Both the position numbers and the translations under genes were made by a program. From an archaeon (GTDB lineage Archaea > Nanobdellota > Nanobdellia > Woesearchaeales > UBA9642), in assembly GCA_043806035.1 (NCBI GenBank), contig JAZDHK010000023.1, forward strand, positions 21,877-85,876: a stretch of 64,000 nucleotides of DNA. Reading direction: 5' to 3'. The notes under the pieces are model-generated. The model was given only the letters and a program-made list of their open reading frames with translations, was not told the DNA's origin and did not search any database. Positions 1 through 8,500 of the stretch are shown here, piece after piece (position 1 is the first letter of the stretch; the number at the start of each line of letters is the position of its first letter).

Positions 1-190
1 TGAGATTATGAAGCTGGTCCTGGACAAGTTTCTCTGGATAGGGGTCTTTATCCTTGGCTTGGGCTTTTACAAGCTTGTTGCGGGAACGGATAGCATCGCG
101 TACGGCTTCCTCATCATGCTTGCCGGCGTTGTGGTCTTGCTGATATTCAGTATCGTTATCATCAAAGAGTATGAGTTCATTAAGAGTTAA
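1..190 (+). CDS. small two-TM membrane protein; first copy of a tandem pair, probably truncated at the 5' window edge
   Basis: ORF 8..190 encodes MKLVLDKFLWIGVFILGLGFYKLVAGTDSIAYGFLIMLAGVVVLLIFS with two hydrophobic helices. It is near-identical in protein to the ORF at 733..963, but only about 85% identical in DNA, mostly through synonymous changes. Confidence 0.5.
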   Translation, partial: EIMKLVLDKFLWIGVFILGLGFYKLVAGTDSIAYGFLIMLAGVVVLLIFSIVIIKEYEFIKS

Positions 191-195
191 GAGGT

Positions 196-732
196 GTGTT
201 CATGAAATTTTCACCTAAGCGGGTACGAAAGAAGGGTTCTCTTGAGTTGAGCGTGAATGCTATCGTTGTTCTGGTCATGGCAATAGCCGTGCTCGGTTTG
301 GGATTGGCATTCATCAGAGGGCTTATTCAGAAAGGCCAGGAAAAGTTCGACACTATCATCAGCGGCACAGAATTAGAGAATCCTGCACGAGCAGACCGTC
401 CCTACATAGTGCAGACTGAGGTCGCCATCAAGAAAGGAGGCTTCGAGAAAATACTCGGTAGCGTTTACAATACGGGATCAGCGCCAATGACGGTAACGCC
501 TTCATTTGAAGGCTGTATAGGTCTGGCAGACACAGATATAATGGTGACAACAGGTACTGACTTACCCGTTCCCGAAGGTCAAGCCATAGGATTCAGGGCT
601 GGAGTCAATGTAGCAGCAGGCGTTACTGCAGGACAGTACACGTGCATTTTCAACATCAACGACACGACGGACACGGCAACACCAGCAGTCCTCTACCAGA
701 CAGGGCAGTTCTTCGTGAACGTCAAGCAGTAG
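196..732 (+). CDS. archaeal type IV pilin-like protein with class III (prepilin/archaellin-like) signal peptide
   Basis: The N-terminus MFMKFSPKRVRKKGS|LELSVNAIVVLVMAIAVLGLGLAF has a basic stretch, then G/S, then a hydrophobic helix, as expected for a PibD/FlaK-type cleavage site. The remainder is Thr/Gly-rich. Confidence 0.6.
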   Translation: MFMKFSPKRVRKKGSLELSVNAIVVLVMAIAVLGLGLAFIRGLIQKGQEKFDTIISGTELENPARADRPYIVQTEVAIKKGGFEKILGSVYNTGSAPMTVTPSFEGCIGLADTDIMVTTGTDLPVPEGQAIGFRAGVNVAAGVTAGQYTCIFNINDTTDTATPAVLYQTGQFFVNVKQ

Positions 733-963
733 GTGATTATCATGAAAAAGCATCTAACCAAACAGGAAGAATTTGAGATTATGAAGCTGGTCTTGGACAA
801 GTTCTTGTGGATTGGCGTGTTCATTCTCGGCTTGGGCTTTTACAAGCTGGTTGCCGACACGGACAGCATTGCGTACGGCTTCCTCATCATGCTTGCCGGC
901 ATTGTCGTGCTCTTGATTTTCAGCATCGTCATCATCAAAGAATACGAGTTCATCAAGAGTTAA
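733..963 (+). CDS. small two-TM membrane protein; paralogue of 1..190
   Basis: The protein is about 95% identical to the first copy. The start may be the GTG at 733 or the ATG at 742. An oligo-T tract follows the stop. Confidence 0.5.
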   Translation: MIIMKKHLTKQEEFEIMKLVLDKFLWIGVFILGLGFYKLVADTDSIAYGFLIMLAGIVVLLIFSIVIIKEYEFIKS

Positions 964-977
964 TTTTTTTTCTTTTC
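964..977 (+). terminator. oligo-T tract (archaeal intrinsic terminator-like)
   Basis: The sequence TTTTTTTTCTTTTC lies immediately after the stop at 963. Confidence 0.4.
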
Positions 978-1020
978 TAAATGATAAACATTATAAATGT
1001 AGTTCTCAGGTAGTATTTGC

Positions 1021-1551
1021 ATGAAAGGCTTCGAGCTCTCCGTCAACTTCCTCGTGGTGATTATTCTTGGCATCGCCGTGCTTGGCGGCGGCATCATGCT
1101 CATGTATAAAGTGTTCAATGCGAGCATGGACATCAGCACGAAGATCAGCGACCAGAACAGGGATGAGCTCAACTTGCTCATGAGCCAAGGCCAGCTCGTC
1201 GCCTGCCCCGTCTCCAAACAGGAAATACAAAAAGGAAAGACAGCAATTCTTCCGTTGGGCATTCTCAATAAGATAGGAGTGCCTGCCGAATTCACCATCG
1301 TTGTCGATGAGAATATACCCAACGTTGATGGAGCCACTTTCGGAAGCATTACGGGAGCGCATACGTCCTTCATTTCCGGACCGTACATGCTCGAGCACAA
1401 CAAAGACCAGACACTAGGCATAGGCATAGGGATAGACAGGACTGTTCCCAAAGGGACGTATCTGCTGGGAATTAACGTGACGTGCAACATATCTGCTGTC
1501 TGCACTCCCATCTACGATACGCCCAAGCGTGTGCAGATCGTCGTTACGTAA
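1021..1551 (+). CDS. second archaeal type IV pilin-like protein (class III signal peptide)
   Basis: The N-terminus is MKG|FELSVNFLVVIILGIAVLGGG. The mature part diverges from the pilin at 196..732. Confidence 0.6.
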   Translation: MKGFELSVNFLVVIILGIAVLGGGIMLMYKVFNASMDISTKISDQNRDELNLLMSQGQLVACPVSKQEIQKGKTAILPLGILNKIGVPAEFTIVVDENIPNVDGATFGSITGAHTSFISGPYMLEHNKDQTLGIGIGIDRTVPKGTYLLGINVTCNISAVCTPIYDTPKRVQIVVT

Positions 1552-2191
1552 GAAGCCCTTCAATCGCAGCCTTCTGATCCTTAGCAAGAGTCACGCTACT
1601 TGCAAGAAGCACGCCTGCAGCGCCGAGCTTTGCCGCAATCCTGACATCCTCTGCGTTCTGGATGCCTGCTCCCACGAGAATCCTTCCTTTCATGCTTTCG
1701 CCGAGCAGCTCGACCGTTTTCGTTATGACTTCTGGCTTTGCCTGGCTGACAGAAATCTTCCCCCCTATCAGTTCTGGAGGTTCGACGGCGATGAAATCAG
1801 GATTGTACTGAGCCAGCTCTTTTCCTTTCTCGGGCGTGTTCGCGCAAAGCAGCACTTTCAGCTTGAGTTCATGAGCTCGCGTTATTGTTTTTGCGATGGT
1901 CTCATCAGAAATTTGCTTTTCTGAATGGTTCAACAACACGCCGGCAGCACCTGCTTCCTTCACCGCTTCCAATGTTATGGATCCCGTGCTTTTTCCCGGC
2001 AGTGAAAAATCAGCATGCTGCACGTACACGGGAATATGCACCGCTCTCGCTGTCTCTTTCAAGTCAATGGCGGGCACGCAGACCAAAAAATCAACGTGCT
2101 TTTCCTTGCCTACTTCTTCACAGAATTTTGCAAGCGTGATGGCATTGCTACCGCTGCTCTCCTTGTACGTCTTGCAGTTGATGGCAATCAT
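1544..2191 (-). CDS. tpiA: triosephosphate isomerase, archaeal type
   Basis: The 215-aa product contains LNHSE and IAVEPPELIGG, which are typical of archaeal TIM, and the length fits. Confidence 0.9.
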   Translation of the reverse strand: MIAINCKTYKESSGSNAITLAKFCEEVGKEKHVDFLVCVPAIDLKETARAVHIPVYVQHADFSLPGKSTGSITLEAVKEAGAAGVLLNHSEKQISDETIAKTITRAHELKLKVLLCANTPEKGKELAQYNPDFIAVEPPELIGGKISVSQAKPEVITKTVELLGESMKGRILVGAGIQNAEDVRIAAKLGAAGVLLASSVTLAKDQKAAIEGLLT

Positions 2192-2475
2192 TTTTTCGTA
2201 CCCGGTTGAAAACTCGGGTCAACATTCCTGATAGGTTGCCTGGGCGCCTCTCCGAATGCTTTCCTCTCGCTCGGTGCAGGCCGTTCAGCATAGCCTTTCT
2301 TGTTCAGGCATTTCTTGCAATACTTCTTGCCGTTCGCTTCGAGGATGCAGTTATCGCAGATTGGTGTGCTGCACCAACTGCACAATGCCACGATGGGTTC
2401 CCGATGGATGAAACATTTTTGTTCTGGACTCGGCTTGAATACCATACTACCACCTTTGAAAGACATACTGCACAA
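2188..2475 (-). CDS. small Cys-rich zinc-finger protein (B-box-like C/H pattern)
   Basis: The pattern CFIH..C..C..C..C..C..C is present. The ORF overlaps tpiA by 4 nt, which suggests an operon. The true start may be the internal Met (MVFKPS). Confidence 0.35.
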   Translation of the reverse strand: MCSMSFKGGSMVFKPSPEQKCFIHREPIVALCSWCSTPICDNCILEANGKKYCKKCLNKKGYAERPAPSERKAFGEAPRQPIRNVDPSFQPGTKK

Positions 2476-2621
2476 CGCCTTAAATATCTTTTCATTTTAG
2501 AGTAGTGCAAACAAACGTTATCGTGTGTTGCCTGCGCGTCTTCAGCGCAAGGTATTTAAAGAAAGCCGTCCGTGAGTGCAGAAAGAGGGACACGGTGTTG
2601 CTTTCATTCCAGGAATCATCC

Positions 2622-3227
2622 ATGTTGCTGAACAAGTACAAGCTGCCATTGGTGCAAAGCACAGTCATCCAGGCACAGACGCCCTACACGTTCTCTTATC
2701 CAGTGGTGCTCAAGGCGTTCAGTCCCAGCATCGTCCACAAGACAGAAAAAGGAGCGGTTGTTCGTGACATCAGGAATGCCGCCGAGCTCGAGTCAGCACG
2801 CGTCATGATGAAGGCGCGCCTTGCAGGGAAGAATCCCACGTTTGTGGTGCAGCCGCAACTCACTGGCGTTGAGCTCATCTTGGGCATGAAGACCGACCCG
2901 CAGTTCGGAAAAGTAATCATTTTCGGCGTGGGAGGCATTCTTGTTGAGCTCTTCAAGGACGTCACGTTCAGGATTGCCCCGCTCAAGAGAAAAGATGCTC
3001 AGGACATGCTGCAGGGCATCAAGGCAAAGAAACTGCTCGACGGATTCAGGAACTTGCCTGCAGTGGACAAGCCAACCCTTGTCCGCCTGCTTATGAAACT
3101 GTCTGATCTCGTCATGCACGAAGACATCGATGAGCTCGACCTCAATCCCGTCATCGCCTCAGGAAAAAACATATTCATCGTCGATGCGCGAATAATAGTA
3201 TCTCTCTCCAAGCGAGGAAAACCATGA
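2622..3227 (+). CDS. acetyl-CoA synthetase (ADP-forming) beta subunit, ATP-grasp domain
   Basis: The product is MLLNKYKLPLV...GGILVELFKDV...LDLNPV, an ATP-grasp fold of the ACD beta type. The ORF starts upstream at 2505, but homology begins at this Met. Confidence 0.65.
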   Translation: MLLNKYKLPLVQSTVIQAQTPYTFSYPVVLKAFSPSIVHKTEKGAVVRDIRNAAELESARVMMKARLAGKNPTFVVQPQLTGVELILGMKTDPQFGKVIIFGVGGILVELFKDVTFRIAPLKRKDAQDMLQGIKAKKLLDGFRNLPAVDKPTLVRLLMKLSDLVMHEDIDELDLNPVIASGKNIFIVDARIIVSLSKRGKP

Positions 3228-4582
3228 ATGCGCTCTTCACGCCAGAACACGTCGCTGTCATCGGGGCAAGCAGGGATCCCGAAAGCGTAGGCTACGGCAT
3301 TCTCAAGAACCTTCTGGAAGGGGGAACACTTGAGCGTGCAACACCCTTCAACGGCAGCGTCTATCCTGTCAACCCGAACGCGCAGGAGATTCTCGGCAGG
3401 AAATGCTTTTCCAGCATCCTTGACTTGAAAAAAGTGGACCTGGCCATCATCTGCGTTCCCGCACCGCTCGTCATGCAGGTCCTGCAGCAGGCAGCCCAGA
3501 AAAAAACCAAGGCAGCAATCATCATCAGTGCAGGATTTGGAGAGACGGGCAAAGCGGGGCACAAGCAGGAAGAAGTGCTCGCTAGGCTTGCCGCAACGAA
3601 AGGCATGCTGCTCCTTGGCCCCAATTGTCTCGGCATCATCAACACAAGCGCAAACTTGAATGCGAGTTTTGCCCCGGCCATGCCGCACAAAGGAAGCATA
3701 GCGCTTGTCAGCCAATCGGGAGCTCTGGTCGACAGCATTATTGATTGGAGTCTCTCCGCAAAATACGGATTCTCAAAAATCATCAGTTATGGCAATGCAG
3801 CAGGACAGTCTCTTCCAGACTTTCTTTCATACTTGGACAAGGATAAGGAGACAAAAGTGATAACGTGCTATGTCGAGGGTATCAGCGATGGTAAGAAGCT
3901 CATGGGCGTCCTTAGAGACATGCACAAGCCCGTCGTCATGCTCAAGGCGGGCAAGACGGAAAAGGGCAGCAAGGCAGTCTCGAGTCACACGGGGAGCCTC
4001 GCCGGCAGTTACGATATTACGAAAGCGGCATTGCAGCAGGCTGGCGCGTATGTTGCCGAAACTCTCGAGGAAATGTTTGATGTCGCAAAATGCCTCACCA
4101 TTCCAAAACTCAGAAAACCTGTAGCGATCATCACGAACGGCGGCGGTTGTGGCGTTCTTTGTGCAGATGCATGCGAACAACAAGGCATTCCTCTCGCAAC
4201 GCTTTCCTCGTCAGTGCTGCGCAAACTTGATGCTTCAAAAAAGATGCATCCCTCCTATTCTCGTGCGAATCCCCTGGACATTATCGGCGACGCTCGTTCT
4301 GAACGGTATGGTGCGGCACTCTCGGTGCTGCTTAGTGATGCGAGCATCGGTGGCGTCATTGTCATCCAGACCCTGCAGACGATGACGCAGACGCTCAAGG
4401 ACGCAGAGCTCATGATTGCCGCAAAGAAATACAATAAACCCATCGTGGCGTGCTTCATGGGGGGAAAATACACGCAGGCAGCAATTGAACTTCTCGAGAA
4501 GAATGGCATTCCTAATTATTCTGACCCATTCAGGGCGGCGCGGGCGATGGCGGCAATTCTCCTAAAGAACGCAATTCATTGA
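3224..4582 (+). CDS. acetyl-CoA synthetase (ADP-forming) alpha subunit (CoA-binding/ligase-CoA domain)
   Basis: The product VAVIGASRDPESVGYGILKNL ... GPNCLGIINT has CoA-binding and succinyl-CoA-synthetase-like domains. It overlaps the beta gene by 4 nt (ATGA). Confidence 0.8.
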   Translation: MNALFTPEHVAVIGASRDPESVGYGILKNLLEGGTLERATPFNGSVYPVNPNAQEILGRKCFSSILDLKKVDLAIICVPAPLVMQVLQQAAQKKTKAAIIISAGFGETGKAGHKQEEVLARLAATKGMLLLGPNCLGIINTSANLNASFAPAMPHKGSIALVSQSGALVDSIIDWSLSAKYGFSKIISYGNAAGQSLPDFLSYLDKDKETKVITCYVEGISDGKKLMGVLRDMHKPVVMLKAGKTEKGSKAVSSHTGSLAGSYDITKAALQQAGAYVAETLEEMFDVAKCLTIPKLRKPVAIITNGGGCGVLCADACEQQGIPLATLSSSVLRKLDASKKMHPSYSRANPLDIIGDARSERYGAALSVLLSDASIGGVIVIQTLQTMTQTLKDAELMIAAKKYNKPIVACFMGGKYTQAAIELLEKNGIPNYSDPFRAARAMAAILLKNAIH

Positions 4583-4979
4583 ACAGTCTCTTCTCGTTTT
4601 CAAACATGATGATTGAGTCGAGTTCTTCAGGTGTCAAGAAGATATACGCTTCATTCTCCTCATTGAGCGTTATTTTTGTATCGTTCATCCTTGCAACGAA
4701 GATAGCCTTGTCCTGTCCATCATAGCCGAGCTCTTTAACGAATTTCTCTTCCCACACATACGTCAAGTTCTTTGATGCTTGATGCACGTCGGTGAAATCA
4801 GATTTCATTAACCCGAGTTCTTCACGCATCTCTCTATAAAACGTGTCAAGCATTTTCTCGCCTGGCTCGCTGCCGCCGCCAGGCAGTGCGTACTGGTTTG
4901 CAGGATAGTGTTGCTTGCGCACGAGCAAGAGTGCTCTGCCCTTGAAGATCATGGCGCACGCGCCCTTGCGATAGTTCAT
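4530..4979 (-). CDS. NUDIX hydrolase
   Basis: The Nudix box is GGGSEPGEKMLDTFYREMREELGL. Confidence 0.7.
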   Translation of the reverse strand: MNYRKGACAMIFKGRALLLVRKQHYPANQYALPGGGSEPGEKMLDTFYREMREELGLMKSDFTDVHQASKNLTYVWEEKFVKELGYDGQDKAIFVARMNDTKITLNEENEAYIFLTPEELDSIIMFENEKRLFNELRSLGELPPSPAPP

Positions 4980-5758
4980 CCTATTTTCCTCAAGCGTGTC
5001 AGCATAATTGCAGCGACGATGACCATGCCAATGCATGCATACTGCCCCATGCTGATGCCAAATAGCCGAGGGTCTTCTCTCCAGAAATTCTCGACGAACC
5101 TGAACAGGCCGTACAGCAGCCAGAACAGCCAGAAGACGAATCCTGGCGTATGCAGAAAGGAGTGTTTTGACGCTGTTTTTTTCTTGTTGTGCACGAACAG
5201 CAGCGAGAAGAAGATGATGATAGTATACGCTGCCTCATACAATTGCGACGGATGCCTGCACCCCTCCGCTCCTTGAAACTGGACACACCACGGAACATCA
5301 GTTATTGTCCCCCATAGTTCTCCGTTGATGAAGTTGGCTATCCTGCCGAGGAACAAGGCGAGCGCTGCGGGGATGACGAGCAGGTCTGCAAGATCGTAAA
5401 AGAAGATCTTTTTTTTCTTGCAATACCAATACGTGACGAGCGCTGCCCCGAGAAGCCCGCCGTGAAAGCTCAATCCCCCTTCCCAAATCCTGAATATGCC
5501 GACAGGATCGGTGAAGATGGCCGGCCAGTAGAAGAAGACATAATCAATGACTCTTGCCCCGACGACGACGCCAAGCACCAACCACATGATGTAATCATCA
5601 ACGTCCTTGAGTTGCATGTGCTTAATTTTTCCCTGCTTGACGAAATGCCGCAGCAGGAGATAGGCAAGAATAAAGCCGAGCGCGTAGATGATGCCATAAT
5701 AGCGAATGCTCAACGGACCGATGCTGAACAGGACGGGATTGATGTTGTGGATGAACAT
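4976..5758 (-). CDS. lgt: prolipoprotein diacylglyceryl transferase homologue
   Basis: The Lgt signature GRIANFINGELWG is intact. The polytopic membrane protein is 260 aa with aromatic-rich helices. Confidence 0.8.
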   Translation of the reverse strand: MFIHNINPVLFSIGPLSIRYYGIIYALGFILAYLLLRHFVKQGKIKHMQLKDVDDYIMWLVLGVVVGARVIDYVFFYWPAIFTDPVGIFRIWEGGLSFHGGLLGAALVTYWYCKKKKIFFYDLADLLVIPAALALFLGRIANFINGELWGTITDVPWCVQFQGAEGCRHPSQLYEAAYTIIIFFSLLFVHNKKKTASKHSFLHTPGFVFWLFWLLYGLFRFVENFWREDPRLFGISMGQYACIGMVIVAAIMLTRLRKIG

Positions 5759-6825
5759 TATCGCTCCAGGATAAAATACCCTAATTCTTTCGTCGCCAGT
5801 ACGAAGAGCGCGTGGCTGAGGATGTGCGCTTGTGCAGCGTGTTGATGCTTGTTCTCGAACAGTTGTTCGGGCAGGTATTCTTCAGCGTGATGCAGGACAA
5901 ACTGGTAGTAGGGCGTTGCCTTCTTCCTCTCGCCAGTCTTTGCATGGTAGATGGCCATGAGGAAGTTGAGTGCTGGCCAACTTCCCCCTCCTTTCCGGAC
6001 GTGCACATTCTGCAGCATCATGCCGTCGTACAGATCGTGCTCGAAGCGCTGTACTCCATTATTCTTAACGAGCGTAGATTCTAACGTGTTGACGAACTGC
6101 ATGAGTCGCTTGTTCGGCAAGTGATAGATGACCAGAGGGTAGATGATGAAGAGCAGGCTTGCATCGACATGCGCATCATGCACGTGCTTGCCATGGCTTC
6201 GTGTCAGCATCTCAGGAAAGTCGAGTTGCTTTTTCATCTGTTCAGCAATCCGCATGTACTTGTCGTGGTGCAGGAATTGGTGTGCGCACGAGAGCCCCCT
6301 GCAGCAAGCGGCCAGGCTGTACAAGAAATTCTCCTCGAATTGGGGGAAGCTGTGGAATTCTCCCCAGATGTCTTTTGCAAGGATGCTGAAATGCGTCTCT
6401 TTCCAATCTTCGCATAATGCATCGCTGAGCTTTCTCACAAGAGGTTTGATCTTTTCTGCGCGATGCGGGGTTTGTTTGTAGTGGTGCCAGATGGCGAACA
6501 GCAGCAGCCCCGCCTGGTCGGGCTGGTAGCCTTGGATGAGTCGTTTGCCTTCTGTCGAGTAGAGGGTGTGAATCCTTCCCGTCTTGCTGATGTCTGCGTT
6601 CTTCTTCAGGCACCACATGAAGAATTTTTCGGGGATGTCATCGAAGCCGAGGACGTCCGCGGCGAGGCAGGCAAAACTGGCATCCCGGACGGAGACGGTG
6701 TGCTTGTTCTGTATGCATTTATGATGCTGGAAGTCTTGATGTGCTGAAACAATAGCTCCGTTCTTGAGCGCGTTCTTTTTCAGCACGTGTCTTGTCTTGT
6801 GGAGGAGTTGGTTTATTGTGTCCAT
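5758..6825 (-). CDS. six-hairpin (alpha/alpha)6 glycosidase-like protein, GH15/GH63-like
   Basis: The product is 355 aa with W-rich helical repeats (DIWGEF, GGGSWPALNF). Resemblance to glucoamylase/trehalase-like enzymes is weak. Confidence 0.3.
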   Translation of the reverse strand: MDTINQLLHKTRHVLKKNALKNGAIVSAHQDFQHHKCIQNKHTVSVRDASFACLAADVLGFDDIPEKFFMWCLKKNADISKTGRIHTLYSTEGKRLIQGYQPDQAGLLLFAIWHHYKQTPHRAEKIKPLVRKLSDALCEDWKETHFSILAKDIWGEFHSFPQFEENFLYSLAACCRGLSCAHQFLHHDKYMRIAEQMKKQLDFPEMLTRSHGKHVHDAHVDASLLFIIYPLVIYHLPNKRLMQFVNTLESTLVKNNGVQRFEHDLYDGMMLQNVHVRKGGGSWPALNFLMAIYHAKTGERKKATPYYQFVLHHAEEYLPEQLFENKHQHAAQAHILSHALFVLATKELGYFILER

Positions 6826-7367
6826 CAGTGCACCTGTTTGGTGAGGCAGTTGCAGGGCTCGGTCGCCTGCGGCATTGCTTTCAGGTCATCAAAGTACACT
6901 CTGTTTTCTGGTTTTATCTGCGTGGCAAAGGGGCAGGTGGTGAAATGGTATCTGCTTGCGTCCTTGGCGATGATGAACTTGTGACTTTTGTTGACTTTGT
7001 TCTTGAGACAGATGCACGGTTCGTAGTTCTTTGCCTGCGCATCGCGCTCCTGTTCGAAGAAGAAGAGATTCTCCTCGAGTATTTTCTTGATGAACGGGCA
7101 GTGGATGTGATGATACTTTCCCTTATGATATTTGTTGGTCTGCATGCTGACGATGAACTTGTCCTCGAGTTTTTTCTTCTCGATGCCAATGATGGACTTC
7201 GGCGCGGCAGGCACATGAGGTTCCTCTTTTTGCGGCGCAGGCTGCACGATTAAGTCTTTTCTCCTGTAGAGCACGTTGCATTTGCCGCAGAAAAACCTAT
7301 ACTCGTCATTGCCATGCACGTGCCCCCCACACATAGGACATGCGTGCTCTATCCGTTCCATGTGCAT
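6825..7367 (-). CDS. zinc-ribbon protein with two tandem Ada-type metal-binding (Ada_Zn_binding-like) domains
   Basis: An N-terminal CPMCGG..CGKC ribbon is followed by two repeats of a YH..HCP...(~25 aa)...EPC.CL module, which resembles FCRPSC...RPCKRC in Ada. Confidence 0.45.
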   Translation of the reverse strand: MHMERIEHACPMCGGHVHGNDEYRFFCGKCNVLYRRKDLIVQPAPQKEEPHVPAAPKSIIGIEKKKLEDKFIVSMQTNKYHKGKYHHIHCPFIKKILEENLFFFEQERDAQAKNYEPCICLKNKVNKSHKFIIAKDASRYHFTTCPFATQIKPENRVYFDDLKAMPQATEPCNCLTKQVH

Positions 7368-7406
7368 GACGGTGTTGTCGTCAGGAACGTTTAAATATGT
7401 TGCGCT

Positions 7407-8324
7407 TTAATAGCTTCCTGCTTTCTTCCCAGAAACGTACTCGTACGCTGCTTTCGCGGCAGTCGCACCAAAACCCGCGGCAGTAATGGTTTGCTTCTGG
7501 AAGACAGGCGTGATGTCTCCCGCAGCAAAAACGCCAGGGATGTTCGTCGCCTGTTTTCTATCAACGATGATGTGGCCTCGCTCATCACAAGGTATGCCGA
7601 GATTGCTAAATATTTTACTGTTCGGCTCGCTGCCTATCTCGATGAACAGACCGTCGAGCTTGAGTGTCTTCCCGTTATCAAGTTTTGCCCACTCCACATT
7701 TTTTGAGCCGCCAACTTCAAGAACGTTCGTTTTTGTGAGGACGACGAGTTTTGGATTATCCTTGATCCTGTCAAAATTGATCGGTTCTGCGCGGACGTTC
7801 TCTCCCCGATAGATGATGGTGACGTGCTTTGCCATAGTGAGTAATAGCTCTGCGGCAGTGACTGCTCCATCATTCCCGCCTACGACGCCGACGATTTTTC
7901 CTTTGTAGAATGCTGCATCGCACGTGGCACAGTACGCAATACCCCTTCCCGTGTATTCTTTCTCGCCAGGAATGTTGAGCTTTCTCTTGGCACTGCCTGC
8001 AGCAATGATGATGCTCTTCCCCAAGAATTCCTTCCCGCCTTCTGTCTTGACAGAAAAACCATTCTTTTTCTTGCCCACCTTTGTCACGCGATCAAAGACG
8101 ATGGGCACGTGCCAATGCTCCACCTGCTCCTTGAACTTTTGCATGAGCTCGATGCCGCTGATGCTCGTGAAGCCAGGATAGTTCTCGACGTTGTGCGCTT
8201 CTGTCAACGTCCCCCCATCCATGAAGCCGATGACGAGTGTCTTCAAATTATAGCGTGCGCTGTAGAGCGCCGCAGGATAACCTGCACTGCCCGTCCCGAT
8301 GATGATGACGTCATACGTGTCCAT
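7407..8324 (-). CDS. trxB: thioredoxin-disulfide reductase
   Basis: The FAD motif DVIIIGTGSAGYPAA and the redox-active CATC are present. The start is placed at MDTYD. Confidence 0.9.
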   Translation of the reverse strand: MDTYDVIIIGTGSAGYPAALYSARYNLKTLVIGFMDGGTLTEAHNVENYPGFTSISGIELMQKFKEQVEHWHVPIVFDRVTKVGKKKNGFSVKTEGGKEFLGKSIIIAAGSAKRKLNIPGEKEYTGRGIAYCATCDAAFYKGKIVGVVGGNDGAVTAAELLLTMAKHVTIIYRGENVRAEPINFDRIKDNPKLVVLTKTNVLEVGGSKNVEWAKLDNGKTLKLDGLFIEIGSEPNSKIFSNLGIPCDERGHIIVDRKQATNIPGVFAAGDITPVFQKQTITAAGFGATAAKAAYEYVSGKKAGSY

Positions 8325-8377
8325 GCTTGGAAACAACCGCCGAGCGTATTTAAATGTTATGGAGTGCTGACGTGAGG

Positions 8378-8500
8378 GGCCTTGTTGAAAAAGTCCACCT
8401 AGCGCAGTCATTCGAGCAGACGGCTATTGCGATTGCCCTCGAGACGGGCAGTGGTGAACCGTGCTGTACGGAGCGTGGACTAGAGACGTTCAACAAGGCC
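8378..8500 (+). mobile_element. MITE-like element copy A: 123 bp, 12-bp perfect TIR (GGCCTTGTTGAA/TTCAACAAGGCC), flanked by 9-bp direct repeat GACGTGAGG
   Basis: The same element occurs in reverse orientation at 29516..29638, flanked there by a different 9-bp duplication. Between the conserved flanks the 23-nt core differs entirely between the copies. An internal 7-bp helix (AGTCCAC/GTGGACT) is also present. Confidence 0.75.

Noticed and set aside
8378-8500. The 123-nt structured element as a divergent 5S rRNA (the length fits, with CAUUCGAGCAG and GUACGGAG reminiscent of loop C and loop E)
   Set aside because: It has perfect 12-bp TIRs plus 9-bp direct repeats that differ at each site. Its topology is a coaxial 12-bp plus 7-bp stem rather than a three-way junction. 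Two copies with different cores is not the behaviour of an rRNA gene. A MITE explains all observations.
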